From an uncultured Gammaproteobacteria bacterium (GTDB taxonomy: Bacteria; Pseudomonadota; Gammaproteobacteria; UBA9214): a stretch of DNA of 64,000 nt. The DNA is taken from positions 309,919-373,918 of the forward strand of contig CALOCX010000017.1 in NCBI GenBank assembly GCA_942491995.1, given 5' to 3'. The notes under the pieces were generated by a model. It worked only from the letters and a program-made list of their open reading frames with translations, was not told where the DNA came from and ran no database searches. Position 1 is the stretch's first letter, and every line of letters begins with the position of its first letter. A program made the translations under genes and the position numbers. This document shows positions 1 through 9,488 of the stretch, one piece after another.

Positions 1-4
1 TCAA

Positions 5-859
5 TCAGCTTGACCGGGGCCTTTCTTTTTCAGCCACTATCTGCTGGACCAGGTGCCAGTCATTCTCGCTGTCGACATCCACGGCAGCCTCGGCAAACGG
101 CAGGATGGCCACACCAATCTTCATCTCGAACCTCCCGGACAGGCGTGCAAGCGCTTCCTGCAACGAGAGACGTCCAAGCAGGTACTTGAACACCGGCCAC
201 CACCCCAGGATACCGACCACCCGCCAGGGTTGCTTGCGCTGGCGCTCCACCTTGCGCCAGAAGCCGGTAATTGCACGTGAGCGGGGTGTCATGAAGGCAA
301 ACAGGTTGCAGCTGCAATAGTCAGCGTCGCTGAAACGCAGCCGCGTCCTTTGCATGGTGGGATAGGCGGTTGCGACCAGCTCATGGGGGGCGAGTGCAAC
401 CATCAGGTCAACCCCGGCGGTGCGTGCCTGCCCGCAAAAATGATCGATAATCTGGCTGCTCAACAAGGCGTGATCGGCGGTTGTCAGCAATACCGGTTGT
501 GATTCCGGGATCTGCTCCATGGCGGCGGCGGCGCTGGCGCTCGGGCTCTCCCGACTGGCCATCCAGCCGTAGTCACCTGCGTCGACCCCGGACTTGAGCG
601 CTCCGGCCTGTTCGAGCAGCGGCCTGGGCGGGCCGCACAAAAACCGTGTTCCAACCTGCTGGCTCTGTTCCAGTGCAGTCAGTACCCGCAGCACCATGGG
701 CGTGCCGGCAACCGGGGCCAGTGCCTTGCAGGCAACACCGGCGGCCCTGCTGACAGGATCATCCGGGTTGCGGTCGGCCGCCATGACGATGGCGCTGAAG
801 GGCGTGACGGTCTCTGTGCTATGCATGCTTGCTGATTGTCGCCGCTGGCTACTGTTCAT
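5..859 (-). CDS. Nucleotidyltransferase (MobA/NTP_transf-like), resembling Caulobacter CpgD phosphoglycerate cytidylyltransferase
   Basis: N-terminal AIVMAADR...KALAPVAGTPMVLRV nucleotide-binding signature, LLTTADHALL, C-terminal VDVDSEND; co-oriented with and 25 bp downstream of bCerS. Start may be a few codons further in. Confidence 0.75.
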   Translation of the reverse strand: MNSSQRRQSASMHSTETVTPFSAIVMAADRNPDDPVSRAAGVACKALAPVAGTPMVLRVLTALEQSQQVGTRFLCGPPRPLLEQAGALKSGVDAGDYGWMASRESPSASAAAAMEQIPESQPVLLTTADHALLSSQIIDHFCGQARTAGVDLMVALAPHELVATAYPTMQRTRLRFSDADYCSCNLFAFMTPRSRAITGFWRKVERQRKQPWRVVGILGWWPVFKYLLGRLSLQEALARLSGRFEMKIGVAILPFAEAAVDVDSENDWHLVQQIVAEKERPRSS

Positions 860-884
860 GATTCAGGCCAACGCGGCTGGATGA

Positions 885-2039
885 TCAGAGTTCTTTTTGA
901 TAGATCCGGTAGCGCTTGTAGGGATCAGCGCCAAGTGATTCCAGAATATGCCGCATGTTGCGGTTGTTCTCAAGGATCCATGACATCTCCACTTCGCGAA
1001 TGCCCTGCGATGTGACCGGTAAGCGTATAGCCTCTATCAATGTATAGGCCAGCGCCATGCCGAGCGTGCTGTTGTGGTATTCCTGACGCACGCCCATCAG
1101 GGTGACGCGGGCTGTTTTAAGCTTGTGTCGCTTCAGGCGCCACAACAGCTTAATCCATCCCAGCGGCAGCAAGCGCCCGTCGAGGTCCCGGGCAGCCTCA
1201 TTCAGGTTGGGCAGTGCCACAATCATGGCTGCGGGTTTACCATCGACCGAGGCGATCTGGATGAAATCCTCATCCACCAGACGGGCCAGGTTACGCCCCA
1301 GCTCATCGAACTCTTCATGGGTAAAGGGTACGAATCCCCAGTTGTTTGCCCAGGCGTCATTGAACAGCTCACGTAAAACAGCCAGTTCCTCATGCAGGTG
1401 CTTGCGCCTCAAGGGCGAGACGGTTATCCGTGTGGAACTTTTTGAAATCAGTTTCCGCATCGCCCCGGGTACAACGAAATCGACAGACAGATGATAGGCC
1501 AGCAGATCCATGGCCTTGTGGTATCCAAGAGCCTCCAGGCTGCCGGCATAGTAAGTTCGGGCATGTCCCATCATGAAACAGGGCGGTGTATCAAAACCCT
1601 CCACCAGCAAGCCGCATTCATCATTAATCGAGAGATTGAAGGGGCCCTGCACCCGTTTCATCCCCTGTTCCCTGAGCCAGTTGCAGGCCGTATCAAGCAA
1701 CAACCGAAAGGTGGCGGGGTCATCATCCGCCTCGATAAAACCGAACAAGCCGGTTGCATCCTGATACCTTTCCAGGCGCAACCCGTCGACCTGGGCGCTG
1801 ATGCGACCGACCGGTTTGCCCTCTCGAAAGGCGACCCAGGCCTGCCAGCTGGCGTGCCTGAAATAGGGGTTTTTAGCGGACAGGTGTTGTTTACGCTCCA
1901 TCAACAGCGGCGGAATCCAGCAGGGATCGTCGTCATAGATGGACCATGGCACTCGAATGAAGCGTTGCAGGTCCTGCCGATTACTGACCGGAAGAATACT
2001 CAGATCACCGGGACGATCATGCTTTGCTGGGGAGGTCAT
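885..2039 (-). CDS. bcerS: Bacterial ceramide synthase (GNAT-fold N-acyltransferase)
   Basis: Motifs KPVGRISAQVD, GPFNLSINDECGLLVEGFDTPP, EMSWILENN; next to spt/acp/cerR. Start moved from the ORF-track 2276 to in-frame ATG 2039 (MTSPAKHD) to avoid overlap with the HIT gene. Confidence 0.8.
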   Translation of the reverse strand: MTSPAKHDRPGDLSILPVSNRQDLQRFIRVPWSIYDDDPCWIPPLLMERKQHLSAKNPYFRHASWQAWVAFREGKPVGRISAQVDGLRLERYQDATGLFGFIEADDDPATFRLLLDTACNWLREQGMKRVQGPFNLSINDECGLLVEGFDTPPCFMMGHARTYYAGSLEALGYHKAMDLLAYHLSVDFVVPGAMRKLISKSSTRITVSPLRRKHLHEELAVLRELFNDAWANNWGFVPFTHEEFDELGRNLARLVDEDFIQIASVDGKPAAMIVALPNLNEAARDLDGRLLPLGWIKLLWRLKRHKLKTARVTLMGVRQEYHNSTLGMALAYTLIEAIRLPVTSQGIREVEMSWILENNRNMRHILESLGADPYKRYRIYQKEL

Positions 2040-2216
2040 TCTCTGGGGCTCCGTGTCTGGCCTTACAGCGCCTGCCTGGCGGGGTCTGTTGCTGTGTTGT
2101 GCATGATACAAAATTTGTCTGCAATAAACAGACGCACGGATAATGCTGATTGCCGCGATGCCCGTGGCATGATTGAATAGCGCAAACCGGTGTTGATGAA
2201 ACAGGGAGCAATCGGC

Positions 2217-2645
2217 ATGAACGCAACCATGCAAAAATTCGGCGCGCCGGATACGCTCGTCAGTGATTATAATCACTGGGTGGTCTTGCTGCGCCCCGGG
2301 CAGGTAACGCTTGGATCCCTGGTATTGATATGTAAAGAACCCGCCACCGCGTTCTCCATGATCAGTGGCGCTGCCTTTGCCGAATTACAGTCGGTCACGC
2401 ATCACATTGAAGGCGTGCTTGGCCGGATGTTCAATTATGACAGGATCAACTACCTGATGCTGATGATGGTCGACCCGGATGTGCATTTTCACGTCATTCC
2501 GCGTTATGAAACCCGGCGAAACTTCTCCGCGCAGGTATTCACGGACCCTGGCTGGCCCGGCCCTCCCGACCTGACCAAACTCAACGCCACCAATACAGAA
2601 CAGAACCACAGGATCCTCGCTGCACTGAAGGCGGACTGGCCCTGA
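2217..2645 (+). CDS. HIT-family nucleotide hydrolase
   Basis: DPDVHFHVIPRY (HIT-like motif, first His replaced by Asp); AGGGAG RBS upstream of ATG 2217. Confidence 0.8.
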   Translation: MNATMQKFGAPDTLVSDYNHWVVLLRPGQVTLGSLVLICKEPATAFSMISGAAFAELQSVTHHIEGVLGRMFNYDRINYLMLMMVDPDVHFHVIPRYETRRNFSAQVFTDPGWPGPPDLTKLNATNTEQNHRILAALKADWP

Positions 2646-3234
2646 TAGCCGTCCGGCAAACCACTGCAAGCCCTGTGCTGATCGCCACGGATAAAAACTG
2701 GTGATGCGGGTATCAGACAGGCAGTAAAAATCAGCTGATAATGATGAAACTGACCAAATCTGAATGGCATACGATGACCAGTTAATGGCGCGAAATGGCG
2801 CGAAAGCTCTATCCCTCTAGCATAAGATGTAAGCGTGACCTGATTAGATGTTCGAGTTCGATAGCTGCTCGGAGGTGAACAGATTCAACGTTTCTCAGAT
2901 AGCTGAAGTTCGGTAGTCATCAGGAAATTTGCAGTATAACCGAAACCACCTGTTGGAAACCGGACATGCCATCATGGTTACCAGGTATAACTGTCGCTAG
3001 CAGGTTGCGATTTGAACGAAAATCTTGGAGAATGCATAAGTATTTGCCTATGTTGTGATTTTGAGATTGATTTCTTTTCGGGTCATAGACTTGTGATGGA
3101 TACCTTTACAGGGAGATGAATCTCATGTCTTCAAGATTATGGATTTCCGGGCCGGGTGCATTGTAGCGATGTTCACTACTGCCCTGCAGATGATTGAGGC
3201 TGTAATCATCTGCTAATTTAACAGGAGATTACTC

Positions 3235-5016
3235 TTGCGTTTGGAAGCAACAAAAACTGGTAACAACCTGCCGTTGAGGGCTGCGGATTTTCCGAATCTT
3301 GCAGCGGCCCTTGATTATGCAGCGTTGGGACGAACCGGTAGTAATTTCTACACCAGTCGCGGCGAACTTTACGCGGTACTGACCTATGCGGAACTGCGGG
3401 ATCAGGCACAGGCTCTGGCACGGCGTCTGCGTGGTCTGGGAACCGAACGCGGTGCACGCATGGTGATTATTGCGGACACCCATCCCGATTTTCTGCGCTT
3501 TTTCTTTGCCTGTCAGTACGCCGGCCTGGTTCCGGTACCGCTACCGATTCCCCACAACCCGGGCAGTCACAAGGCGTATGTCGCGCAGATACGGGCGATG
3601 ACGCAAGGCTGCCAGGCATCGCTGGCAATGGCGCCGGCAGATTATTCAGATCTGCTTGTGGATGCGAGCGCCGGGCTGGGGCTAATGCTGGTCGGCACAC
3701 CGCAAGACTATGACGCACTGCCTGAGCAGGCCGGCGAATTGCAGCCAATGCAGGCTGATGAACTGGCTTACCTGCAGTACACCTCGGGCAGCACCCGTTT
3801 TCCACGCGGTGTAATGATTACCCAGCGTGCAGTACTGAACAACCTGGCGGGGATCATAACCGAGGGAATGGACATGAGGACGACGGACCGTTGTGTCTCC
3901 TGGCTGCCCTTTTATCACGATATGGGTCTGGTGGGCCTGGTGCTTGCACCGGTGGCCTCGCAATTGTCGGTGGACTATCTTGGCACGCGTGAGTTTGCAA
4001 TGCGCCCCCGCCAGTGGCTGTCACTGATGTCACGCCACAAGGCGACCATATCGTTCAGCCCGCCTTTTGGTTATGAACTGTGTAACCGGCGACTGCGTGA
4101 AGGCGAGGCTGAAAAATTTGACCTGAGTGCCTGGCGTGTAGCAGGTGTGGGTGCGGAGACGATCCGGCCACAGGTTCTGTATGACTTTGCCGAGGCACTG
4201 GCTCCGAGTGGATTCAACCGCAACGCATTTCTTGCCTGTTACGGGATGGCGGAATGTTCACTGGCGGTGAGTTTTGCGCCGCTGGGTCGCGGACTGTCGG
4301 TAGACCGGGTGGATGCGGATCACCTGGCACTGCTCGATCATGCGCGCCCCGCAGAGAACGCTGTCGAGGAGCGTCTGAGTGAGTTCGTGAACTGTGGTGT
4401 GCCGCTGTCGTCGTTTCAAGTAGAGGTAAGGAGCGACACCGGCAAGGTCCTCCCGGAACGCCATATCGGAGTCATTCACGTGCGCGCACCGAGTGTCATG
4501 TCCGGTTACTTTAACGAGCCGGGAATCACTGCCAGAGTCCTCTCGCCGGATGGCTGGCTGGACACAGGCGACATTGGTTACCGGGTGGGCGACAGCATCA
4601 TGATCACGGGTCGCAGCAAGGATCTCATCATCATCAATGGCCGTAACATATGGCCGCAGGATCTGGAGCAGCTTGCGGAACAACAGCCGGATGTGCGTCC
4701 GGGAGACGCCCTGGCATTTGCGGTACCGGGTCCGGATGGCGCTGACGTCGCGGTGATGGTGGTGCAGTACCGCGACCGTGACAGTAACAAGCGAGCGGAG
4801 CTGATCAGGCAGCTGCAGGGACTGATCCATGCAGCGGTGGGTGTCGACTGCCATATTGAACTGGCGCCGCTGCACACACTGCCGCGCACATCGTCGGGCA
4901 AGCTGTCCCGCTCCAAGGCGCGGCAGAACTACATCGATGCGCACCCGCTGAACAAGATTGCTGTTCATGATGCGAGGGAAGCGACAGCCGTCCTGTCACA
5001 GAAACAGGCCGGCTGA
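3235..5016 (+). CDS. Fatty acyl-AMP ligase / acyl-ACP synthetase of the ceramide pathway
   Basis: YLQYTSGSTRFPRG AMP-binding loop, SWLPFYHDMGL, CYGMAEC, TGDIG, LPRTSSGK; TTG start with AGGAG RBS. Confidence 0.9.
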   Translation: MRLEATKTGNNLPLRAADFPNLAAALDYAALGRTGSNFYTSRGELYAVLTYAELRDQAQALARRLRGLGTERGARMVIIADTHPDFLRFFFACQYAGLVPVPLPIPHNPGSHKAYVAQIRAMTQGCQASLAMAPADYSDLLVDASAGLGLMLVGTPQDYDALPEQAGELQPMQADELAYLQYTSGSTRFPRGVMITQRAVLNNLAGIITEGMDMRTTDRCVSWLPFYHDMGLVGLVLAPVASQLSVDYLGTREFAMRPRQWLSLMSRHKATISFSPPFGYELCNRRLREGEAEKFDLSAWRVAGVGAETIRPQVLYDFAEALAPSGFNRNAFLACYGMAECSLAVSFAPLGRGLSVDRVDADHLALLDHARPAENAVEERLSEFVNCGVPLSSFQVEVRSDTGKVLPERHIGVIHVRAPSVMSGYFNEPGITARVLSPDGWLDTGDIGYRVGDSIMITGRSKDLIIINGRNIWPQDLEQLAEQQPDVRPGDALAFAVPGPDGADVAVMVVQYRDRDSNKRAELIRQLQGLIHAAVGVDCHIELAPLHTLPRTSSGKLSRSKARQNYIDAHPLNKIAVHDAREATAVLSQKQAG

Positions 5017-5042
5017 CAACCCGCAGACGCTGCAGGTTCTCC

Positions 5043-5972
5043 ATGTCACGAACCATTGCCGTAACCGGCGGCACCGGCTTCATCGGTGGTATGCTGATCC
5101 ATCACCTGGTGAACGCCGGGTACCATGTAAGAGCACTGACTCGTGACCGTTCCGCGCATAAACTCCCGAAGTTAGCTGGACTGGAAGCCGTTAGCGGTTC
5201 GCTCCAGGATAGTGAATCCCTGCGTCATCTGCTGCAGGATGCCAGCGCGGTAGTGCACTGTGCAGGCGCCGTTCGTGGCGTGACTGCCGCCGATTTCAAT
5301 GCCGTCAATGTCGATGGCCTGATGCAGCTGGTACGTGCGGCGCTCTCGCTCTCATCCAGACCCAGATTCCTGTCGCTCTCGTCGCTGGCGGCGCGTGCAC
5401 CACAACTCTCCCATTACGCCTCCAGCAAGCTCCGGGGGGAGCAGGCACTCGCCAGTATGGCAGCAGACATGGAATGGGTGGCGTTACGCCCTCCCGCCGT
5501 TTACGGACCCGGCGACAAGGAAATGCTGCCGCTCTTTCAGTGGATGGGACGTGGCATTGCACCGGTACTGGGCGCAGCGCATGCACGGGTATCATTACTG
5601 TATGTCGAAGACCTGTGTGCAGCAGTGCTCAGGTGGCTGGATGCAGGACAGTGCGAGAGCGGAATTTACGAACTCAATGATACCCAGTCCGGTGGTTATA
5701 GCTGGGATGAAATCATCGCGAATGTCTCGGCGCTGCGTGCCAGGCGCATCTTCAGACTGACCCTGCCGGCAACGCTGCTGCGCTCGCTTGCAGGCGTGAA
5801 TGTGACCGCTGCACGGCTGATCGGTTATGCTCCCATGCTGACACCGGGGAAGGTGCGTGAGCTGCGGCATCCCGACTGGGTAGCGGATAATACGGCATTG
5901 ACCGCCGCCATCGGTTGGCAGCCGGAAATTTCGCTGCAAGAGGGGCTGCGGCGAACCATGGGCTGGGGGTGA
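5043..5972 (+). CDS. cerR: NAD-dependent epimerase/dehydratase-fold reductase, ceramide reductase CerR-like
   Basis: VTGGTGFIG Rossmann motif, YASSK catalytic YxxxK, RPPAVYGPGD; lies between the acyl ligase and ACP as in the Caulobacter ceramide operon. Confidence 0.75.
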   Translation: MSRTIAVTGGTGFIGGMLIHHLVNAGYHVRALTRDRSAHKLPKLAGLEAVSGSLQDSESLRHLLQDASAVVHCAGAVRGVTAADFNAVNVDGLMQLVRAALSLSSRPRFLSLSSLAARAPQLSHYASSKLRGEQALASMAADMEWVALRPPAVYGPGDKEMLPLFQWMGRGIAPVLGAAHARVSLLYVEDLCAAVLRWLDAGQCESGIYELNDTQSGGYSWDEIIANVSALRARRIFRLTLPATLLRSLAGVNVTAARLIGYAPMLTPGKVRELRHPDWVADNTALTAAIGWQPEISLQEGLRRTMGWG

Positions 5973-6092
5973 ACTCGGCGTACAGCCTGTGACCGGTCTC
6001 GTTGGCAATGTTTCATTGCGTATCAGGCTGATGCCCGATAACGTCGATACCGGGCATCGACCAGCCGAACCGAATACGAGCATGGAGACTGT

Positions 6093-6347
6093 ATGAAGAT
6101 GCAGAGCAAAGAGGATATTCTTGATCAGCTGTACGAACTGGTTCAACCGTTCACCAAGGAACCGATTGAACTCGGTGCAGAGACCAGCCTCGTCAACGAG
6201 ATCGGTCTGGATTCAGTGAAGGTCATGGAGTTGATGACGCAGATCGAGGATCATTTCGATATCTCTATACCCCTGAATATCCTTTCCAGGGTGGACACCC
6301 TTGGAGATTTTGCAGAACAATTGCAACCATTGCTGCCAGACAGATGA
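6093..6347 (+). CDS. Acyl carrier protein dedicated to sphingolipid synthesis
   Basis: 84 aa acidic protein with GLDSVKVMEL phosphopantetheine Ser motif and EDHFDISIP; 3 bp upstream of spt. Confidence 0.92.
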   Translation: MKMQSKEDILDQLYELVQPFTKEPIELGAETSLVNEIGLDSVKVMELMTQIEDHFDISIPLNILSRVDTLGDFAEQLQPLLPDR

Positions 6348-6350
6348 TTC

Positions 6351-7553
6351 ATGACAAGCCTGTTCGATAAATTTCTGCCCCTTGAGAAAACCCGTACCGA
6401 GCTGGTCGCAGGCAGTGGTGTGGATCCCTTTCATGTCGTGGTAGAACGTGTGGTGTCGGCCACTGAAGCGATGATCAATGGACGCAAGGTGATCATGGCC
6501 GGCACTAACAACTATCTTGGACTCACCTTCGATCCCGAATGCATCGCAGCCGCCTGCACGGCAATCAGTGAGGAGGGTACAGGCACCACTGGCTCGCGCA
6601 TGGCAAATGGCAGCTACGCCGCTCACGTGGCACTCGAGAATGAACTGGCGGCCTTCTTCAATTGCCCCGCTGCCATTGTCTTTTCAACCGGTTACATCGC
6701 GAATCTGGCAGTTCTTTCGACACTGGCGGGTCCCGAGGATGTGATCCTGCTGGATGCCGACTGCCATGCCAGTATCTACGACGGCACCCGCCTTGGCAGC
6801 GCCCAGGTGATCCGCTTCCAGCACAACAACCCGGCAGACCTGGAAAAGCGTCTGCAGCGACTTGGTGACCGCGCCGGGAACACCCTGGTGGTGGTGGAAG
6901 GAATCTACAGCATGCTCGGTGACCGGGCGCCGTTGCGTGAGATTGCAGACGTCAAGAACCGCTTTGGCGCCTCCCTGCTGATAGATGAGGCCCATTCGCT
7001 GGGCGTTCTGGGCGAACGTGGCAGGGGGCTGGCGGAAGCCCTCGATGTCGAGGCCGAGGTGGATTTCATCACCGGCACCTTCAGTAAAAGCCTCGGGTCT
7101 ATTGGTGGCTTCTGTGTCAGCCGCTTGCCCGAGCTGGAATATGTACGCTATGCCATGCGTCCCTATATCTTCACCGCATCCTCTTCACCGTCCCTGATCG
7201 CCTCGACCCGCAAGGCACTCGAGATCCTCTGCCGTGGCAGCGCACTGCGGAAAAAACTCTGGGACAACGCAACACAGCTGTATCGGGGTCTCGCGGCCAT
7301 GGGATTTGAACTTGGCCCTGAAGTCAGCCCGGTGATCGCGGTGCGACTGCCTGCAAGCGTGGGTGAGACGACCGCACTATGGAATGAGTTACTGTCACAG
7401 GGCATCTATGTCAATCTGGTGCTCCCGCCTGCCACCCCGGGCGGTAAACCCCTGCTACGCTGCAGTCTCAGTGCAGCCCATAGCCCGGTGCAGATAAAAG
7501 CGATTCTGGACGCCTTTGCGCTGATCAGGGAAAAGTTGCAGCCTCACACCTGA
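6351..7553 (+). CDS. spt: Serine palmitoyltransferase (alpha-oxoamine synthase family)
   Basis: GTNNYLGL, GTTGSRMANG, DADCHASIYDG, EGIYSMLGD, DEAHSLG, GTFSKS (PLP Lys), YIFTAS: closer to Sphingomonas-type SPT than to BioF/Kbl; adjacent ACP. Confidence 0.88.
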   Translation: MTSLFDKFLPLEKTRTELVAGSGVDPFHVVVERVVSATEAMINGRKVIMAGTNNYLGLTFDPECIAAACTAISEEGTGTTGSRMANGSYAAHVALENELAAFFNCPAAIVFSTGYIANLAVLSTLAGPEDVILLDADCHASIYDGTRLGSAQVIRFQHNNPADLEKRLQRLGDRAGNTLVVVEGIYSMLGDRAPLREIADVKNRFGASLLIDEAHSLGVLGERGRGLAEALDVEAEVDFITGTFSKSLGSIGGFCVSRLPELEYVRYAMRPYIFTASSSPSLIASTRKALEILCRGSALRKKLWDNATQLYRGLAAMGFELGPEVSPVIAVRLPASVGETTALWNELLSQGIYVNLVLPPATPGGKPLLRCSLSAAHSPVQIKAILDAFALIREKLQPHT

Positions 7554-7619
7554 GCGCAGCCGGATAGCCTGAATCACTGGTTAACCTGCCCGCCTCCCTG
7601 CATATACGAAAGTACTGCC

Positions 7620-9353
7620 ATGCATCTATTGAAGACCTTTGCCCGCGCCTACCCGTTGCAGAGTGCCATCATGCTGGTTGCACTGCTGGTTGCCGGCCTG
7701 ATAGAGGGAATCAGCCTGACTGCCCTGTTGCCACTGTTGAACAAGGTGCTGGCCATACCCGATTCGACCGGGGCGGATGCAACAGCGCCAGAGCCTGACT
7801 CCAGCTCCGGCGTCGGCGATGCACTGCTCAGTGGTATCGAAGCCATTGGTTTAACACCCAGTGTCGAGCTGCTGCTGGTGGTCATCGTACTGGGCTCGAT
7901 CATCAAGGGCGGCCTGGTGCTGCTGGCGAAGAAAAAGGTTGGCTACATCGTTGCACAGGTTGCCACTGACCTGCGTCTGTCGATGTTGCGTGCCATGCTG
8001 GCCTCTCGCTGGGAATACTTTCTGCATCGACAGCTTGGACAGTTAACCAACTCCATGTCGATCGAGGCGGTCAGGGCGGCCAGCGCCTATCTGCATGGCG
8101 CGACGCTTATCTCACAGCTTATCCAGGCCTTTGTATACATCATTATCGCCACCATGCTGATGTGGCAGGCCGCCCTGTTTTCCATTCTGATGGGCACGCT
8201 TATCTATGTCGCACTGAACCGCCTGGTGAAGATGTCACGCAAGGCCGGCAAGCGCCAGACGACCTTTACCAAGCAGATGATCGCGCGTCTCGCCGACACC
8301 CTGCTGTCGGTCAAGCCGCTGAAGTCGATGGGACGGGAAGGCCTGGTAGATACCGTGCTGGTATCGGAGACGAAAAATATAAACCGGGCGCTGCGCCGCG
8401 AGGTGGTGAGCACAGAGTTTCTGGCGGCCGGACAGGAGATACTGTTCGCGCTGGTGCTGGTGATCGGTATCTATGTCACGCTGGTAAAGTGGGAACTACC
8501 TGTCGCGACGGTGATGATGCTGGGTTTTCTGCTCTCCAGGATATTGAAGAGGACCGGCCAGGTGCAACGCAGTTACCAGAAGATGGCTGTCAGCGAGTCT
8601 GCCTACTGGTCGATCCAGAAGACCATCAGCAAGGCCGAACAGGCACGCGAGGACCTTGGGGGCGATCGTGCACCAACCCTCGAACAGGGTATCGAGTTGC
8701 AGGATGTCAGTTTCTCCTACAAGGATAAAAAAATTCTTAAGGGGATAAATATCAGCATCCCTGCCGGTTCGTTTACCGCCATCATTGGACCTTCAGGATC
8801 GGGCAAGACCACCACCCTCGACCTGATCATCGGATTGCTGCAACCGGACAGTGGCACGCTGCTGGTCGATGCTATTCCGCTGAGCGAGCTCGACATGCAC
8901 CGCTGGCGGCGCACCATCGGTTATGTCCCGCAGGAAACCGTCCTGCTGCACGATTCAGTACTCAACAATGTGGCGCTGGGTGACACCGAAATCAGTGAAG
9001 CCGATGTCATTTCAGCCCTCCGGGAAGCGGGTGCCTGGGACTTCGTGGAGAAACTGCCGGAGGGCATCCATGACCACGTGGGTGAACGCGGCGGCAAACT
9101 GTCCGGTGGCCAGCGGCAGCGTATCATGATTGCACGTGCCCTGGTGCACCGTCCGCAGTTACTGATTATGGATGAGGCGACCTCGGCGCTCGATCCGCAG
9201 AGTGAAAGGGCCATTTGCGAGACACTGCGGAAGTTGCAGGGTGCGCATACGATCCTGGCGATCTCGCACCAACCCGCCCTGCTGGACGCCGCCGAGCGTG
9301 CCTACCGCTTGCAGGAAGGACGAGCGCTGCTGGTAAAGGATGATGCCGGCTAG
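7620..9353 (+). CDS. Fused ABC exporter (TMD + NBD), MsbA-like lipid/glycolipid flippase candidate
   Basis: Hydrophobic N-terminal helices; Walker A GPSGSGKT, Q-loop VPQE, signature LSGGQRQR, Walker B IMDEATSALD. Confidence 0.9.
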   Translation: MHLLKTFARAYPLQSAIMLVALLVAGLIEGISLTALLPLLNKVLAIPDSTGADATAPEPDSSSGVGDALLSGIEAIGLTPSVELLLVVIVLGSIIKGGLVLLAKKKVGYIVAQVATDLRLSMLRAMLASRWEYFLHRQLGQLTNSMSIEAVRAASAYLHGATLISQLIQAFVYIIIATMLMWQAALFSILMGTLIYVALNRLVKMSRKAGKRQTTFTKQMIARLADTLLSVKPLKSMGREGLVDTVLVSETKNINRALRREVVSTEFLAAGQEILFALVLVIGIYVTLVKWELPVATVMMLGFLLSRILKRTGQVQRSYQKMAVSESAYWSIQKTISKAEQAREDLGGDRAPTLEQGIELQDVSFSYKDKKILKGINISIPAGSFTAIIGPSGSGKTTTLDLIIGLLQPDSGTLLVDAIPLSELDMHRWRRTIGYVPQETVLLHDSVLNNVALGDTEISEADVISALREAGAWDFVEKLPEGIHDHVGERGGKLSGGQRQRIMIARALVHRPQLLIMDEATSALDPQSERAICETLRKLQGAHTILAISHQPALLDAAERAYRLQEGRALLVKDDAG

Positions 9354-9488
9354 CAGGCGAGCCTCTTCCTGTTCCCGTCACGTTCGGTTTTCTGGGAGCA
9401 CACTTTTCGACACCGCCGCCACCTGCTAGACTGCCCCCTCCTTCCCATGCAGCCATTGCCAGCAACTCTCCTGGCCGGGAACACTCCA

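Noticed and set aside
2040-2276. N-terminal extension of the bCerS ORF in the track
   Set aside because: Overlaps the divergent HIT gene; recognisable sequence begins at about 2039.
6351-7553. BioF (8-amino-7-oxononanoate synthase) or Kbl call for the oxoamine synthase
   Set aside because: No bio or tdh genes nearby; SPT-like motifs and adjacent ACP/CerR/bCerS support Spt.
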